Positions 23,477 through 35,678 of a stretch of DNA of 64,000 nt are shown here, in pieces. Both the position numbers and the translations under genes were made by a program. The stretch comes from Blastocladiella emersonii ATCC 22665 (lineage: Eukaryota; Fungi; Blastocladiomycota), in contig JANHCV010000004.1 in the NCBI GenBank assembly GCA_025594325.1, positions 992,001 through 1,056,000 of the forward strand, in the 5' to 3' direction. The notes under the pieces were generated by a model. That model ran no database searches and was not told where the DNA came from. It was given only the letters and a program-made list of their open reading frames with translations. Every line of letters starts with the position of its first letter. The stretch's first letter is position 1.

Positions 23477-24826
23477 ATGTTCGCGTGCTGCCTCACGCCG
23501 CCGCCGCCGCGCTGCCATTCGCCCATAAAACCCGCGCCGGTCTCGTCCCCGACGCTGCAGCTGCCGGACTTGCCCGCTGAGCTGCAGGAGCGCGTCCTGC
23601 TGCGCCTGTCCGCGCTTGACATCGCGCGGCTCGCTCGCGTCGCGCGGTCGTGGCGTACCATGCTCATCACGGCCGACGAGTCGCTCTGGCGCTCGCTGCT
23701 CGCGCGACACGCGCCGGACCTCGCGCCCGTCGTCTTCGCGTGTCTCGCACGACACTCGCGCGAGTTCCGCATGCGCGACGTGTACCGCGTGGTCCTGAGT
23801 CCGCGGCGCGTCGTCGCGGTGTGGGGCACGGGCGCCGCGGCCAAACTCGTCGACCCGCCGCTCGAGCCCGGGTACCGCGAGCTGGTCGAGCTCAGCACGT
23901 CCATGCGGTCATCCCCGCGCCAGGTCGCGTGTACGGCGCACGCCGTGTTCGTGGTCCACGGCGACGGGTCCGTGTGGATGCTCGGCCACCTGCGCAAGGG
24001 CACCAGGGCGTACCCTGGCCGCGGGATCGGGCGCGCGTGGACGCAGCGCGTCGAGCGGGTCGTGACGGCGGAGACCGCGGTCGCGTTCCAGTGCACCGAC
24101 GGCCGGTGGTACGTCCCGCGCGGCGACGGCGACATGGACGCGGAGCTCGTCCCGGCCGAGGTTGGCGGGATGGCGGGCGGCGGCGGATCGGCGCTCGTCT
24201 TCCGCGACGCGGTCGCGTGCGTCAAGCTCACGGGCAACGACGCTGAGTCGGTCCCCTGCACGCACCGCCGCGTGCACTCGGTCGGCCACACGGACGCGCT
24301 CGGCGCCGTGATCGTGACGGGGTGCAGCATCTACCGCGAGCCACCACCACCTACCGACGATGCCGACGTGCCGCCAACGCCAGGCCGGTGGCCGCTGCAG
24401 TGGCGCATCGAGGCCTGGCGCGTCCCGAGCGCACCCGGCCGCGCACCCGCCGAGTCGGACGAGCTCGACTCGATCGTCACCGTGTCGTGCTCCAAGGACG
24501 ACGTACTCGCGCGCACCCGCACGCGCTTGGTCACCACGGGCCCCCAGGGGACGCGCGTGCACCGGTTCGTGGCGCGCGACGCGTCGGCGGCCGTGGCCGA
24601 GCGCCGGTTCGCGGCGATCCGCGACGACGGCACGGTCTGGGAGTGGGGCTGCGACGCGCAGCGCGACAAGCCGCAGCGCGCGTGGATCATGCCCGACGAG
24701 TCGGTCCTGGTGCCCGTCCAGATCGCCGTCGGCGCGAGCGGGATGACGGCCGTGGTCGCCATCGACCTCTCGCCCGCGATCGTGCTGCTCCCGCCGGTCC
24801 CGTACTCGGTGTGCGCTGTTCAGTAG
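23477..24826 (+). CDS. F-box protein with RCC1/BLIP-II-like repeats
   Basis: LPDLPAELQERVLLRLSALDIARLARVARSWR is an F-box consensus. QVACTAHAVFVVHGDGSVWMLG and FAAIRDDGTVWEWG are RCC1-like blades. Single ORF. Confidence 0.8.
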   Translation: MFACCLTPPPPRCHSPIKPAPVSSPTLQLPDLPAELQERVLLRLSALDIARLARVARSWRTMLITADESLWRSLLARHAPDLAPVVFACLARHSREFRMRDVYRVVLSPRRVVAVWGTGAAAKLVDPPLEPGYRELVELSTSMRSSPRQVACTAHAVFVVHGDGSVWMLGHLRKGTRAYPGRGIGRAWTQRVERVVTAETAVAFQCTDGRWYVPRGDGDMDAELVPAEVGGMAGGGGSALVFRDAVACVKLTGNDAESVPCTHRRVHSVGHTDALGAVIVTGCSIYREPPPPTDDADVPPTPGRWPLQWRIEAWRVPSAPGRAPAESDELDSIVTVSCSKDDVLARTRTRLVTTGPQGTRVHRFVARDASAAVAERRFAAIRDDGTVWEWGCDAQRDKPQRAWIMPDESVLVPVQIAVGASGMTAVVAIDLSPAIVLLPPVPYSVCAVQ

Positions 24827-24878
24827 GTAGTCGTTCAGAGTTCAATTCAAACCATTTTTGTATCCGCCGTCTCAGACA

Positions 24879-26595
24879 CTACATGTACCGCGGCGGGATC
24901 CACGACTTGACGAGGTTCCAGTGGTGCTCGGCGCCGCCCGCGCGGAACAGCGCGGCCGCGTGCTTCTCGAGCACGCACGTCTTGAACCGGAACTCGGAGA
25001 AGGCGCGCTGCGGGTTCTGGCCCTCCCACACGAGCCAGCAGTGGCCCTCGCTCGCGTTCCCGCCGTCGTTGCCGCCCGCATAGTCGCCGTCATCGTCGTC
25101 CGAGCTGTCCGAGTTGTACCCGCCGTCGCCGCCGCCCGCACCCGACTTGGTATCGCTGGCCTCAGCGTCGAGCCCGGTCCACTTGATCCGGCGCAGCATG
25201 AGCTTCTTGAAGTGGCGGATCGCGCGTGGCCCGCCCTCGACGAGGACGACTTGCAGGTCCTTGTGGATGGCCGCGACGCCCGTGAGCCCGAGCTGCTGGA
25301 CGTTGGCGTCGATCTTGAACTTGAGTTTCGCGTGGCTCATGTCGCGGCACTTGAACAGGGCGACGTGGATCCCCTTGGCCGCGTCGCGCTCCATCTTGCG
25401 CTTCCGCTTCTCGCGGCGCTGCTCGGGCGTGAGCGCGCGCGCCGCGTTGGCCTTCTCGTGCGCGAGCTGGCGCGCCGCGACCTGCGCGCGGACTGCGGCC
25501 TCGACCTGCGTCGGGTCCTGCACCGACTCGGTCGCCAGCACGCGCATCAGGTTCGCCAGGCGCACCTTGGGCGGGTCCGGCGGAAGCAGGCCCAGGCGGA
25601 TCTTGTCTTGCTTCTCGCGCTGCTCTTCCATGCGCCGCTGGCGGCGCAGCTTGCGGCGCTCGGCGCGCGTCAGGATCACGGTGCGCGGCGGCGCGGCCGA
25701 CTCGAACGGCGGCTGGATCGGGACCGGGTGCTGCACGTACTGCGTGATGGGCGTCACGAGCTGCGTCGTCGACGTCTGCGACTCGGCGCCGGTGCCGCCC
25801 GCCTTCCCCGACAGCACCGCGACGGGGACCTGCTGGTCGAACATGCGGAACGCCGGGTCCGCGCGGTCGTTGACCATGTCGACGCCGCCGACCAGATCCC
25901 CGTCATCGTTTTCGTCGGACACCGCCGGCGCGGGCAGCAGCGTGTCGTAAGTGCGGTGCCCGTGGGTGAGCGGGAGATCCCACCACTCGACGAGCGGCGG
26001 CGCCTCGCGACGCACCACGTCGTCGGAGATGAGGTCGAGCGCAGACGTGTCGACGCCCGTCTTGGTCAGCGACTGCGACACCTTGGCCTTGAGCGCCGCG
26101 AGCCGCGCCTCGTTGCGCATCCGCTCCGCCTTGTCGGCGTACTTTCCCTGCGGGACAAACCGCAGCTTGGCTTTGCCGCGCCGCCGCCCGTGCAGCCCGC
26201 GGAACCCGACGGCGCGGTCAAAGAACTCGCTCGACTTGTCAAGCAGCGGCGCTTCCTCGATCTCGAGCACGAGCGGCGCTGACGGCGCGGGCTCGGGTTC
26301 AGGCTAGACGCGTTCGGGATGACCATCGTTAGAAAGGCCCCGCCGCCGAGACTGCAAGACCCTAGCGATAACGTACCGCAGGCACCGGCTCGGCCGAGAC
26401 AATACCAAGCTGCTTGTTGATGGCGGCACGCTTGGCGGCAATCTGGCGCTTGATGGCCTCGAGGTCGAGCGCAGGCGCACCGCGCGACGCCGGCACGATG
26501 GCCGGCCGCGGCCGCTTCGGATCCGCCGCGCGCGCCGCGCTCTCCGGGCTCAGCGGCCGCTTGCGCTCGTTGGCCGACGACGCGGATTGATACAT
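24879..26595 (-). CDS. PRP3: U4/U6 snRNP protein Prp3
   Basis: VEWWD, YVQHPVPI, RLGLLPPDPPKVRLANLMRVL, DPTQVEAAVRAQVAAR, KFKIDANVQQLGLTG, VEGGPRAIRHFKKLMLRRIKW. Intron 26376-26304. Confidence 0.95.
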
Positions 26596-27107
26596 TGCAG
26601 TGAGTGCAGTGAGGTCGCGAGGGACCGAGGGTAGGGTCAGAAGGGACGAGGGGCATGAGACGACGAGGGCGCCGTCGTCGCGGTCGCCGCTCCCGCCGCG
26701 CGCTGATGTTGAGATCATGTATCGAATGTAACTCTCACGCACAGCTGGACTACGCGCTGTTATGGTCAGACCCGTCATGCGCTACGTGAGGACAGCGTCA
26801 GGCGAGGGCCTGCTCGCAGATCTCGCGCACCGCTCGCCTTCGCCATCGTTGAGGACGACGCAGCTGATGGCCGGTCGCGCTAGAGACGCAACGATACGTG
26901 AGACCTGCGCCGCCTGCATCGCTCGTGCCAAGGTGTCGGCTGCGTGTGCGATTCGGGCGGCCGTTGCCGCGCAAGCGAGCGGGGACAGCGCGGACGTGTT
27001 GCCATCTCGCGTGCGGTCGTCCCAGCACTGGATCCTGCACTGGATCTGGGCGCATGCTGCCGAGTCAAGCCGGGAGCGGGTCGTCTCGCACACGATTGAG
27101 AGCGGCA

Positions 27108-27986
27108 CTAGCATGTTGGCCCTGAACGTTGCGCTGTGGTCGACCCCGCTTGGCAGTGACCGTGCTTCATGCAGGCGCGTGGCCTTAGTACGCGCCAGGC
27201 CTCGATGCGCCATTGCAGCGGCCGCCGGCCTGACGGCGCGGGCGGGTCCTCAGCAGGTGGTGATAGCGGCTCGGGGTAGATGCTGCACCCCGTCGCGATC
27301 ACGGCGCCGAGCGCGTCCGTGTGGCCGACCGAGTGCACGCGGCGGTGCGTGCAGGGGACCGACTCAGCGTCGTTGCCCGTGAGCTTGACGCACGCGACCG
27401 CGTCGCGGAAGACGAGCGCCGATCCGCCGCCGCCGCCCGCCATCCCGCCAACCTCGGCCGGGACGAGCTCCGCGTCCATGTCGCCGTCGCCGCGCGGGAC
27501 GTACCACCGGCCGTCGGTGCACTGGAACGCGACCGCGGTCTCCGCCGTCACGACCCGCTCGACGCGCTGCGTCCACGCGCGCCCGATCCCGCGGCCGCGG
27601 TACGCCTTGGTGCCCTTGCGCAGGCGGCCGAGCATCCACACGGACCCGTCGCCGTGGACGACGAACACGGCGTGCGCGGTACACGCGACCTGGCGCGGCG
27701 CCGACCGCACGGACGTGCTGAGCTCGACCAGCTCGCGGTACCCGGGCTCGAGCGGCGGGTCGACGGGTTTGGCCACGGCGCCCGTGCCCCACACCGCGAC
27801 GACGCGCCGCGGACTCAGGACCACGCGGTACACGTCGCGCATGCGGAACTCGCGCGAGTGCCGTGCGAGACACGCGAAGACGACGGGCGCAAGGTCCGGC
27901 GCGTGGCGTGCGAGCAGCGAGCGCCAGAGCGACTCGTCGGCCGTGATGAGCATGGTACGCCATGAACGCGCAACGCGAGCGAGCCG
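27108..27986 (-). pseudogene. Inverted, truncated paralog of the F-box/RCC1 gene
   Basis: 27986-27190 aligns to 23627-24423. It lacks the first half of the F-box and the C-terminal third. An in-frame ATG at 27953 and open frame to 27108 remain. Confidence 0.8.
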
Positions 27987-28395
27987 GATTGCTAGTATCG
28001 GGTAGAAGCAGCGTGCTTCAGATCCAAATGTTCTCACACAGGATGTGGTAGTGAACCAACGGGAGCTGTTTGATCCTCGTCATCGACGAAGGTGCTGTCA
28101 CGGCGTGAACTTGGAGCGCCCCCAGATAGCTGCCTCGTTGTCCACGGCCCACGACAGCCGCGGTCTTGCGAGAGCCCGATGGAGGAGACGCGTCGCGGGC
28201 GCGAACGCGTGCTGCAGGCGCGCCTGAGCGGCCGTGACGGCCACGGTCCTGAGCATTACGACCGTGAGCGGGTTCGCGAGGACGACGGGGAGACAAACAC
28301 GCTCAATGATGATACAAGAGTAGTCTATACTAAATGAGTGAATAAATGACCGCAAATCGTGCTGCAAAAACGTCGAGTTCGGACAAGACGCTCGC

Positions 28396-30377
28396 TCACT
28401 GCTTGGAGATGCGCAGGAGCGCAAAGATGAGGATGACCGACACGGCGAGGGTGCCCCCGATAATGCCGTAGAACCAAAAGTAGGACGGGTCGTCTACAGT
28501 GCGCACACGCGGAGAGCGAGTCAGTTGGGCTCGACGAATAGCGTAAGGCGATCAGCGAGCGTACCGGTATCCGTGTTCTGGCCCGGGATGTGCACGTTCA
28601 TGCCAAACAGCCCCGCGACGGCCGTGATGGGCACAAAGGCGGCGCCAATGACGCTCATGCGCTTCATGCTGGCGTTCATGGTGTTGGACATCTGCGACAT
28701 GGCGACGCTGAGCTGCGAGTGGTAGCCCGAGTGGGCCGTGTGCAGCGTCTCCTTGATGATGCCGAGCGAGTGCTGCAGGGTGACAATGTGGTCAAAGATG
28801 TCGCGCAGGTACACGACGGTCGCGGGCTGGATGTAGGCGGCGCTCCGGTTCGACAGCGACTTGACCACCTCCTCCTTGAAGTGCAGCAGGCGGATCAGCT
28901 GCGTCACCTTCTTGGACGCGCGGCGCAGCCGCTGCAGCAGGTCGGCCTGCTCGTCCCACTGCAGGATCTGCGCCAGGTCGTCGATCCCGTCCGCGTCAAA
29001 CTCGAGCGACTTGATCACGGGCCGCAGCGAGTCGATCACGTCGTCGACGATCGCGTACGCGACCCAGTCGGGCGCGAGCCAGTGCGACGACGAGTGCGTG
29101 TGGGTGCTCGCGCCGTCATGGACCACCGCGGGGACAGCCGGCGCCGCGAGGGCGGACCCGGCCGTCGAAGTGGACACGCGCTTCGCGGCGATAATGGAGG
29201 CGCGGCGCGCGATGATGGGCTCGCTGGCGGCGGCGGCCGAGAGCGAGGGCGACGTGGAGAGGCGCAGGGCGACGTTGTAGGCGTGGCGGAGGGGCTCGTG
29301 GCGGACCGTGACGACGCACTCGCGGAACAGCATTAGGTAGTAGAAGGTCTCGCGGAGGCGCATGCCATCGGCGTCGTCGGCGTCGTCGGCGAGCGTCTTG
29401 AGGCACAGGAACAGGTAGTGGTCGTACACCTCGCACTTCTCGCGCGCCTCGTCCGTGAGCATGTCCTCGACGGTGAGCGGGTGAATCGCGAACACGCGCG
29501 CGAGGACGGCCATGTCGGCGTCGTCGGGGACGTGCACGTCGAGCCAGAAGGGCTCAGCGCCGGCAGCGCGCGTCACGTCGCCGCACACGGCGGCCAGCGT
29601 CGCGCCCTGCACGAGCCCGCGCGACGCCGAAAAGTAGGTGAACTTGGCACGTGCGTCGTACGCCGTGCGCAGCACCGCGGCGCGCGCCGCCACCGTCGAC
29701 GCCTTGGGCACGCCCGCGCCCTCGATCCAGTCGCGCCCAAAGATGGCGCGCGCGACGGCTGTCGACGGCGACCCCGCGGCTTGCGCGCCGAGGTACTGCG
29801 CGAGCATCGCGAAGTCGATCATCGACTCGGCCGGGTCCATGGGCAGCGTGCCGGGCGCCGCCGACGGGTGCGGGCCCGACGCGTGCAGGTCGTGCTGGTC
29901 GCCGCCCGCGCCGCCAAAGTAGGAAGAGGTCGGATTGCCCGGCACGGGTTTCGGGCTCGACGAGCGGCTCGGTGCGAACAGCGGCGGAGCGACGCCCAGC
30001 GCGAAGGGAGACGACGAGGCCGACGTGAGCGGGTGTGCCGGGGACGCCGTCGCCGCGCTTCGCGCCTTGCGCATCGAATCCACGTCGTCGTGGTCGTGAT
30101 CGTGGTCGTGGTGGTCGTCGGCGAGGATCAGGGTACGCGGGAACGTCGCCGCCGTGGCGGTGGGACCGGCGGCGATGGGCGCGAGGAGGTGCATCTCCTC
30201 CTGCGAGGGCGACGCGGTATCGCGCGGCTGCGTCATGGTAGTGGTCGCGGGCGTGGCGGCAGCGGGTCCAGCGAGCGTCGACGAGGAGCTCTCAGCGACG
30301 AGGGCAGTAGGCAGGGCCTCAGCGGCGGCGGCGGGCAGAGTCGAGTGCTGCTGCAGCGGCGTCGGGACGGCGGGCAT
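28396..30377 (-). CDS. CorA-family Mg2+ transporter (ALR/MNR2-like)
   Basis: PFWLDV, FAIHPLTVED, REKCEV, YLRDIFDH, signature GLFGMNV. After one intron the last TM exon PSYFWFYGIIGG ends at TGA 28396-28398. Confidence 0.92.
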
Positions 30378-30525
30378 AGTGTGGGAGCGGGACGGCGGCG
30401 AGCACAGCGCGCAGGTCGCTCAGTCGGTGCGATCGGACCGGAGCAGCTCCGAGTGCGAGGATGCGACAGCGTGGTTCATTTCGCGGGGTGCGGAGAGAGC
30501 GGACGCCAGGCGAGAGGGGCGACGC

Positions 30526-30531
30526 TTTATA
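30526..30531 (-). promoter_or_regulatory. Putative TATA box (TATAAA) ~150 bp upstream of the CorA ATG
   Basis: CGCGTATAAA on the minus strand in a very GC-rich context. The same CGCGTATAA 9-mer recurs at 40550-40542. Confidence 0.35.
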
Positions 30532-30757
30532 CGCGGCCACGGCGGGGCGGGAGACGTCCCACGTGGAGGGGCCCGCCGACTCGCCGGCTGCGCTGCTACG
30601 CCACCCTTTTACCCGCGGATATCGGTCGAGGGGCGCCGCGAAACAATGGGGGAACTTATCGGTCGGGCCTGCCAAGAGCGATCATCGACCAATAGAGGTG
30701 TCGCGAGGAGGGGATCACAGTCAAATCTATGTACATTTTGTTGGCAGGAGACACGGT

Positions 30758-31429
30758 TTACCACGCGCGCTTCCGCTTCTCCTTCTTGAGGGCGTAGAAC
30801 TTGCGCGTTCCGCGGGCCTTCTTGATTGAGATGGCCTCGGCCTTCTTCTTGAAGTAGGTGCGGCGCTCCGTGTCGGCGAGGATCTGCTCGACGAGCGTGT
30901 TCTTGCGCTCCTTCTTGGTGAGGCGTGACGAGTAGAACTCGTGCTTGGCCTCGACGATGCGGCCGACGTGGAAGAACTTGGGCATGGTCGCGTTCATCTT
31001 GGCGTCCTTCTTGTAGTGGCGCTTGGACTCGAGCACGTCGCGGTTCTTGATGACCAGCAGGTCGTTGCGCAGCTCGGGCGTCAGCTCCGTCGCGGGCAGG
31101 TTGAACCACTTGTCGCCGGCCGTCTCAATCGCCTTCTCCACCTGCGAGTACTGCTTGGCGGGCACCAGCTTGCGCGCCGCGGCCGCCGCATCGGGCACCG
31201 CCTCGGGCACCGCCGCCTTGGCCAGCGGCACCGCCTGCTGCACGTGGTGCGGCACGTTCGCCTGCATCTTGAGCAGCTTGAACGGCCGCGCGTCCTCGCG
31301 CTTCTTGCGCTCCGCCTCGCTGTGCTCGAGGCTCGCCGTCGCGCGCGCCAGCAGCGCGTCGAGATCGACCGCCAGTGACGCGGCAGCGGCGGCCGCGGGT
31401 TTCGTGGTGGCAGAGGGTGCCATTGTCAT
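30758..31429 (-). CDS. FCF2: rRNA-processing protein Fcf2
   Basis: WFNLPATELTPELRNDL..RDVLESKRHYKK..PKFFHVGRIVE..EFYSSRLTKKERKNTLVEQILAD. Confidence 0.93.
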   Translation of the reverse strand: MTMAPSATTKPAAAAAASLAVDLDALLARATASLEHSEAERKKREDARPFKLLKMQANVPHHVQQAVPLAKAAVPEAVPDAAAAARKLVPAKQYSQVEKAIETAGDKWFNLPATELTPELRNDLLVIKNRDVLESKRHYKKDAKMNATMPKFFHVGRIVEAKHEFYSSRLTKKERKNTLVEQILADTERRTYFKKKAEAISIKKARGTRKFYALKKEKRKRAW

Positions 31430-31724
31430 GAGCTTCGTGGTTTACGTGGTGAGTCCTGAGCGCGTGTTCGTCGCGTCGATGGTGGCAGCGGCGCCCAGGA
31501 TCGCGGCGTGTGGCTCCGCCGTGTTGATTTGACGTCAGCTGCGCCCACCTGATGCGTCGCCCTGCAGCCGCGGCCTGCCACTCCCATCACCTCTCGCGAC
31601 CACGCGAAGCGCCCGCCGCCGCCCGGATGCTCGCTGAGCCACGCGCTGCTCTTGGCATCGCCCACTCTCTCTATCAAAAACCCATGTATCTCGCCCGCCG
31701 CCACTGGCCGCACCTTGCTTGACC

Positions 31725-34700
31725 ATGTCCGAACGCATCCGCCTCGTCGGCGTCGGCGGCAGCAGCAGCGGCGCCGCTGGATCGCAGCCCTCGGAACCGC
31801 GCCCCCACTCGCCAGCAACGCCCAGTCCACGGCTCGGCGGGCGCGGGTTCGGCTCGCTCACGTCGCAGCGATACAAGAAATACCGCCTGTCCGACGCCCT
31901 CGACGATGAGGAGCTCATGATGCCCTCGCGATCGCCGGCAGTGCGTTTGCTAGACCTCGTCTGGGCGTGAGCGGCCGCTGACCAGAGATCGGTGTAGGCA
32001 GACGCTCACGGATCGCGCTCCGTGACGAGCCGGGCGGTCGCGGGACTCGCCCTCGTCTTCTGCGGCCCGTGCATGCTGCTCGACGCGCTCGTTCGCGCCG
32101 GCGTCGGCGTGTTCCGGAGGCAACCGACGCCTACCGCTCGTACCGTCGAGATCCCTGGTGCGTATCACAGCTCGTAGCCACCACACCACCACCCAACTCA
32201 CGCACCCGGAAATAGTGCTGTTCGAGGACCGGAAACACCGGCGAAAGCTCTACGCGCCCAACACCGTGCGCAACCAAAAGTACTCTGCGCTGTCGTTCGT
32301 CCCGACCGTGCTGTTCGAGCAGTTCAAGTTCTTCTTCAACCTCTACTTCCTCCTCGTCGCGCTGTCGCAGTTTGTCCCCGCGCTGCAGATCGGGTACATT
32401 GTGACCTACTTCGGCCCGCTCGTCTTTGTCCTCATGATCACCATGGCCAAGGAGGCCAACGACGACCTCAAGCGGCGGCGGCGCGACCGCGAGGCCAACT
32501 CGCAGTACTACCCGGTGCTCAACCCGACCACGGGCACCTTCCTGCACGTCCCGAGCTCGGACCTGGCCGTCGGCGACCTCGTCCAGGTCACCAAGAACCA
32601 GCGCGTCCCCGCCGACCTCGTCCTGCTGCGCACCCACGACAAGGCCGGGTCGTGTTTCGTGCGCACCGACCAGCTCGACGGCGAGACCGACTGGAAGCTC
32701 CGCCTCGCCGTCCCCTCGACGCAGGCCATGCCGTCGGACGCGGCCGTGGCCGGCGTGCGCGCGGTCCTCGACGCCGAGCCTCCCTCCAAGGATATCCACG
32801 CCTTCACGGGCAACCTGACGCTGCTGTCGACGCACCACGTCGACCCGCTGACCGCCGACAACCTGCTGTGGATGAACACGGTGCTGGCGTCGCCCGACCC
32901 GGTGCTCGGGTGCGTCGTGTACACGGGCCGCGACACGCGCGCCGTCATGAACACCAACACGCCAACCGCCAAAGTCGGCCTGCTCGACGCCGAGGTCAAC
33001 CGGCTCAGCAAGATCCTGTTCGCCGTGACGTGTGTGCTGTCGCTCGCCATGATCTACTTTGCCGGGTTCCACGGCAACTGGGCCGTGTACCTGGTGCGGT
33101 TCCTGATCCTCTTCTCGTCCATCATCCCGATCTCGCTCCGCGTCAACCTCGACATGGGCAAGATGTTCTACGCCCGCCAGATCATGCGCGACGAGTGCAT
33201 TGAGGACACCATCGTCCGCACCAGCACCATCCCCGAGGAGCTCGGCCGCATCGAGTACCTGCTGTCGGATAAGACGGGCACCCTGACCCGCAACGAGATG
33301 GAGATGAAGAAGGTCCACGTCGGCACCATGTCGTTCGGCACCGACTCGTTTGACGAAATGGCCGCCCTCGTCGCCGCCGCCACCGCGCACACGGTCGTCC
33401 CGCCCATGCTCGCCGTCGCGCACCTCGGCCACTCGCTCGACGGCACCGCGACCATGACCCCGTCGTCCCCGCTCCTCCCCGGGTTCGGGCAGCCGCCGGC
33501 GCTGCCGCCGCTTCACTCGGCCAAGCGCGGCCACGGCAAGACCCGCGACATGTCGTCCCGCGCGCGCGACATTGTCCTGGCGCTCGCGCTGTGCCACAAC
33601 GTGAACCTGATCGTGTCCGAGACCGACGGCACCGTGTCGCTGCAGGCGGCGTCGCCCGACGAGATCGCGCTTGTGCGGTGGGCGCAGCAGATGGGCATTT
33701 CGCTGGTCGCGCGCGACGTGCACTCGATCCGGCTGCGGCTGCCCGGCGACGTGGACGTGCACTACGAGATCCTGCACGTGTTCCCGTTCACGTCCGAGTC
33801 GAAGCGCATGGGGATCGTGGTGCGCGACTCGGCGACGGGCGAGGCCACGTTCCTCGAGAAGGGCGCCGACGCCGTTATGGCGCGGCTCGTCCAGTACAAC
33901 GACTGGCTCGACGAGGAGTGCGGGAACATGTCCCGCGAGGGGCTCCGCACGCTCGTCGTCGCCCGCAAGCGGCTCGCCCCCGACACGCTCGCCCGGTTCC
34001 AGGACGCGTTCCACCACGCGCGCACGCTCCTGCATGGCCGCAACGAGGCGGTCCAGCAGGTCGTCGCGCAGTACCTCGAGCGCGACCTCGAGATCCTGGG
34101 GTTGACGGGCGTCGAGGACAAGCTCCAGGACGACGTCCGGCCGACGCTCGAGGCGCTGCGCAACGCCGGGATCAAGGTGTGGATGCTCACGGGCGACAAG
34201 ATCGAGACCGCCACGTGTATCGCGCTCTCGTCCAAGCTCGTGTCGCGCCAGCAGGCCATCTACACTGTTTCCAAGGGTACGATTCGCCGGCTTGTCGTGG
34301 GTATCGCCGCTCACCCAGCCTCCCCATTGTAGTCCGAACCCCGCACGCGGCCGAGGAAGAACTCGAGCGGCTCGCGCACGTCACGGACGCGTGCCTGATC
34401 ATCGACGGCGAGTCACTCGCCGTGTGCCTCGACCACTGCCTCGCAGCCTTCCTCACGCTCGCCACGCGGCTGCCCGCCGTCGTGTGCTGCCGGTGCTCGC
34501 CCACGCAGAAGGCCCAGGTCACGGAGCTCATCAAGCGACACACGGGTCGCCGCGTGTGCTGTATCGGTGATGGCGGGGTACGGCACGCTGCTGCCGCGGG
34601 GACACGGCAACGATTGACACGACGTCGAATGTGTAGAACGACGTGAGCATGATCCAGGCCGCACACGTCGGCGTCGGGATCGTCGGCAAGGAGGGCCGGC

Positions 34701-35486
34701 AGGCGTCGCTCGCGGCCGATTTCTCGGTCACGCAGTTCTCACACCTGACGCGGTTGATCCGTACGCCTCCCCAAACCCGCCTCGCACCCTCTTTCACTCA
34801 CACCCGCGCGCCCCCGTCGTGTAGTGTGGCACGGCCGCAACAGCTACCAGCGGTCGGCACGTCTAGCGCAGTTTGTGATCCACCGCGGCCTGATCATTTC
34901 GGTGATGCAGGCCGTGTTCTCGGCCATCTTCTATTTCGCGCCGATCGCGCTGTACCAGGGGATGCTGCTCGTCGGGTACACGACGTGCTACACCATGGCG
35001 CCCGTCTTCTCGCTGGTCCTCGACCACGACGTGCCCGCGGACCTCGCGCTCCTGTTCCCGGAGCTGTACAAGGACCTGACCAAGGGCCGGCACCTCGCGC
35101 TCAAGTCGTTTTTCGTGTGGCTGCTGGTCAGCGTGTACCAGGGCGGCGCGATCATGATGTTCGCGCTGCTCCTCTTCGACAACGACTTCGTGCACGTCGT
35201 GTCCATCAGCTTCACGGCGCTCGTCCTCAACGAGCTGCTCATGGTCGCCCTCGATATCAAGAACTGGCACCGGTACATGGTCTGGGCGCAGGTCTGGACG
35301 CTCGCGGTGTACGTCGCGTCCATGGCGATCCTGCCCGAGTTCGACCTCGACTTTATCGCCACGCTCGCGTTCGTCGGGAAGGTGCTCGCCATCACGGCCG
35401 TGTCCAGCGCGCCGCTCTTCGTCATCAAGCGGCTCCAGCACCACTTTGCCCCGCCGAGCTACCAGAAGCTCGTCAATCACCATTGA
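31725..35486 (+). CDS. NEO1: P4-ATPase phospholipid flippase, Neo1/ATP9 subfamily
   Basis: [72 protein letters not shown]-like [14 protein letters not shown]. Several GT-AG introns. Confidence 0.96.
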
Positions 35487-35678
35487 CACACACGCGCGAA
35501 TAGACTAGCGTAGTTGAAGGTGATATTATTGAGGTGAGGGTAGCTGGATATGCGTGCACGGGTTGGGATGGGACTAGAGGGGAGCAGGGTAGATCGTCAA
35601 GAGGGGGGAGGGAGAGATGGATTCGCAAACACGAGAGAGGAGGAAGGGATTCAATCATCATCATCATCATCGTCGTCG

